NCBI GenBank assembly: GCA_963769885.1
Contig: CAVYNH010000007.1
Span: 128,001 to 192,000 of the forward strand
Direction of reading: 5' to 3'
DNA: 64,000 nucleotides
Source of the DNA: Methanobacteriota archaeon
Lineage (GTDB): Archaea; Thermoplasmatota; E2; DHVEG-1
The notes beneath the pieces are model-generated. The model ran no database searches and had not been told where the DNA came from. It saw only the letters and a list, made by a program, of their open reading frames with translations. The position numbers and the translations under genes are program-made. Shown in pieces: positions 61,697 through 64,000 of this stretch (positions are counted from its first letter, which is position 1; the number at the start of each line of letters is the position of its first letter).

Positions 61697-63961
61697 GTGT
61701 ACATCACCCAAGAGCACGTCAAACCCGACGCCCTCGAAGCCCGCGACTACCAACGAAACATCGCCGCGGCAGCCCAGAAGGCCAGCACCCTCGTCGTCCT
61801 CCCCACCGGCATGGGCAAAACCATCATCGCCCTCCTCCTCATCGCCGAACACCTCAAAAACCCAACGAACAAGATTCTCTTCCTCGCCCCCACCAAACCC
61901 CTCGTCAACCAACACAGCACATTTCTTAAAACCAATCTTACCACCCCAGACCAAGTCACCACCTTCACCGGCGAGATCAGCCCCGACCAACGCCTCAAGG
62001 ACTGGAACACCCACCACATCATCGTCTCCACCCCCCAAGTCATCGAAAACAACCTCATCGCCAACCGACTCACCCTCCAAGACATCTCCCTCATCGTCTT
62101 CGACGAAGCCCACCGCGCAGTCGGCAACTACTCCTACGTCTTCGTCGCCCAAACCTACCGCCGCCACCGCCAGGACCGCCTTTGCCTTGCCATGACCGCC
62201 TCCCCCGGCAACGATATCCAAAAAATCCTCGAAATCTGCCACAACCTCGAAATCAAAACCATAGAAATCCGCACCCCCACCGACCCCGACGTCCGCCCCT
62301 ACGTCCACGACCTCGACGTCCAATGGAAAGAAATCCCCCTCCCCAAAGAATTCGCTGCCGTCCTCCAACACCTCAGACGCGCCCTCCTCGACCGCCTCCA
62401 CCGCATCAACGACCTCAAACTCACCGAGCCCCTCACCATCACCACCGTCAACCGCAAAAAACTCCTCGAGCTGCAGCAATGCATCCAAGAACGCCTCCGC
62501 AGCACCCCCACCCCCGATGGACGCCTCTACACCGCCGCCTCCACGCAGAACGCCGCCTTCAAGCTCTACCTCGCCATCGAACTCCTCCAGACCCAAGGCG
62601 TCACCGCCCTGCGCAGCTACTTCACCCGCATCCTCCAAGACGCCGCCACGAAAGGAGGCAGCAAAGCCTCCCGCGACCTCGCCAAGGACCCCAATATCCT
62701 CGAAGCCATCGCCCTCACCCGGACCCTCATCATTGATCATCCGAAAATCCCCGAAATCGGCGCGATCATCAAGAATCAATTTCAAGTGAATCCCCATTCA
62801 AAGATCATTGTCTTCACCCACTATCGCGGCACGGCCAACAACGTCGCCACCCACCTCGCCACCATCCCCAGCGTTAGACCCATCCGCTTCGTCGGACAGG
62901 CAGGAAAAGGAGACGATAAGGGCCTCACCCAAAAAGAGCAGATTGAAATCATCCGACGGTTCGAACATGACGACTACAACGTCCTCATCGCCACCTCAGT
63001 CGGCGAAGAAGGCCTCGACATCCCCTCCACCGACCTCGTTATCTTCTACGAACCCGTCCCCTCAGAGATCCGCACCATCCAACGCCGCGGCCGCACCGCC
63101 CGAAAAATGCCGGGTAAAGCCATCATCCTCATCGCTAAAGACACCCCCGACGAAGCCTATTACTGGAGCTCCCGGCACAAAGAAAAACAGATGCACACGG
63201 AGCTGGAAGTCCTCAGATCCTCCCTGCGCCGCCACTTCGATACCAAGCCAGCCCCAGCCACACAAATGACCCTGGGCGAACAGCAAGCAAAACTCACCGA
63301 CTACCACCCCGACAAAACCCTGACCGTCATCGTCGATCACCGCGAATCCCGCAGCCAGGTTATCCGCTGCCTCGCTGGTCACAACATCACCGTCCAGGTC
63401 CAAGACCTCGACATTGGCGACTACATCGTCTCCCAACGCGTCGGCGTCGAACGCAAGACCGTCGACGACTTCCTCAACTCACTCCTCGAAGGAAAACTCT
63501 TCCAGCAGCTCAAGGACCTCCGCCAGACCTTCTCCCGGCCGCTCCTCATCATCGAAGGCGACGGCCTCTTCACCACGCGAAATATCTCCCACGCTGCCCT
63601 CTTCGGCAGCCTCGCCTCCATCCTCATCGACTTCGGCGTTTCCATCATGTCAACCAAAACCCCGCAGGAGACCGCTGACTTCCTTGTTGCCGTCGCCCGC
63701 CGCGAACAACGAGATTCCACAAAACCTGTTGCGGTCCGCGGCGAAAAATGGGCATCTAGCCCCCAGGAACAACAACAGTTCGTCATCGAAGGCCTCCCCA
63801 ACATCTCGGCGGTCCTCGCCAAACGACTCCTCGAACACTTCGGCAGCATCCGCGCCATCGCCAACGCCACCGTCGACGACCTCATGGAAGTGCACGGCAT
63901 CGGAAAAGCGACCGCGCAGGAACTCCATTCACTCATTTCCCGGGAGTATGACGCCTCATAG
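61697..63961 (+). CDS. hef: Hef helicase/ERCC4 nuclease
   Basis: RDYQ, LPTGMGKT, DEAH, TASP, QRRGRT, VDHRE, GDY...ERK, C-terminal HhH. Confidence 0.95.
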   Translation: MYITQEHVKPDALEARDYQRNIAAAAQKASTLVVLPTGMGKTIIALLLIAEHLKNPTNKILFLAPTKPLVNQHSTFLKTNLTTPDQVTTFTGEISPDQRLKDWNTHHIIVSTPQVIENNLIANRLTLQDISLIVFDEAHRAVGNYSYVFVAQTYRRHRQDRLCLAMTASPGNDIQKILEICHNLEIKTIEIRTPTDPDVRPYVHDLDVQWKEIPLPKEFAAVLQHLRRALLDRLHRINDLKLTEPLTITTVNRKKLLELQQCIQERLRSTPTPDGRLYTAASTQNAAFKLYLAIELLQTQGVTALRSYFTRILQDAATKGGSKASRDLAKDPNILEAIALTRTLIIDHPKIPEIGAIIKNQFQVNPHSKIIVFTHYRGTANNVATHLATIPSVRPIRFVGQAGKGDDKGLTQKEQIEIIRRFEHDDYNVLIATSVGEEGLDIPSTDLVIFYEPVPSEIRTIQRRGRTARKMPGKAIILIAKDTPDEAYYWSSRHKEKQMHTELEVLRSSLRRHFDTKPAPATQMTLGEQQAKLTDYHPDKTLTVIVDHRESRSQVIRCLAGHNITVQVQDLDIGDYIVSQRVGVERKTVDDFLNSLLEGKLFQQLKDLRQTFSRPLLIIEGDGLFTTRNISHAALFGSLASILIDFGVSIMSTKTPQETADFLVAVARREQRDSTKPVAVRGEKWASSPQEQQQFVIEGLPNISAVLAKRLLEHFGSIRAIANATVDDLMEVHGIGKATAQELHSLISREYDAS

Positions 63962-64000
63962 TCCTCCATAATATATTTATCCACGATATCCCTTACCCTC

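Noticed and set aside
1-64000. CRISPR array, rRNA, DGR or retron
   Set aside because: No regularly spaced repeats, rRNA-like sequence or reverse transcriptase motifs seen.

Overview
Archaeal chromosomal window. Housekeeping genes (rpl10e, csl4, rpoL, truD, ileS, kae1/bud32, pus10-rpl21e-rpoF-DUF655-ksgA, hef, pheT, folD) and secreted gingipain-type/PKD proteins suggest Thermoplasmatota, possibly the MBG-D/Izemarchaea lineage (inference). Three tRNAs are present: Asn-GTT, Leu-CAG and His-GTG. The main finding is a compact ~12.8-kb element integrated in tRNA-His with a perfect 19-bp att repeat. It carries an intact tyrosine integrase, a divergent regulator pair, a D5/SF3 helicase followed by an origin-like palindrome, small and large terminase, a tape-measure protein and a beta-propeller tail-tip-like protein. 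I could recognise no capsid, portal or tail-tube gene, so it is a candidate tail-remodelling satellite of an archaeal tailed virus. The neighbouring tRNA-Leu carries a second, integrase-free 1.4-kb single-gene islet. Other observations: kb-scale alternating domains of extreme G+T versus C+A strand skew that distort protein composition; three genes that appear to start at ATC/ATT; three +1 frameshifts that all fall on AGTACC (probably a methylation-linked sequencing artefact); and a PKD + amphipathic C-terminal module shared by unrelated secreted proteins. All calls come from motif recognition by eye; no searches were run.
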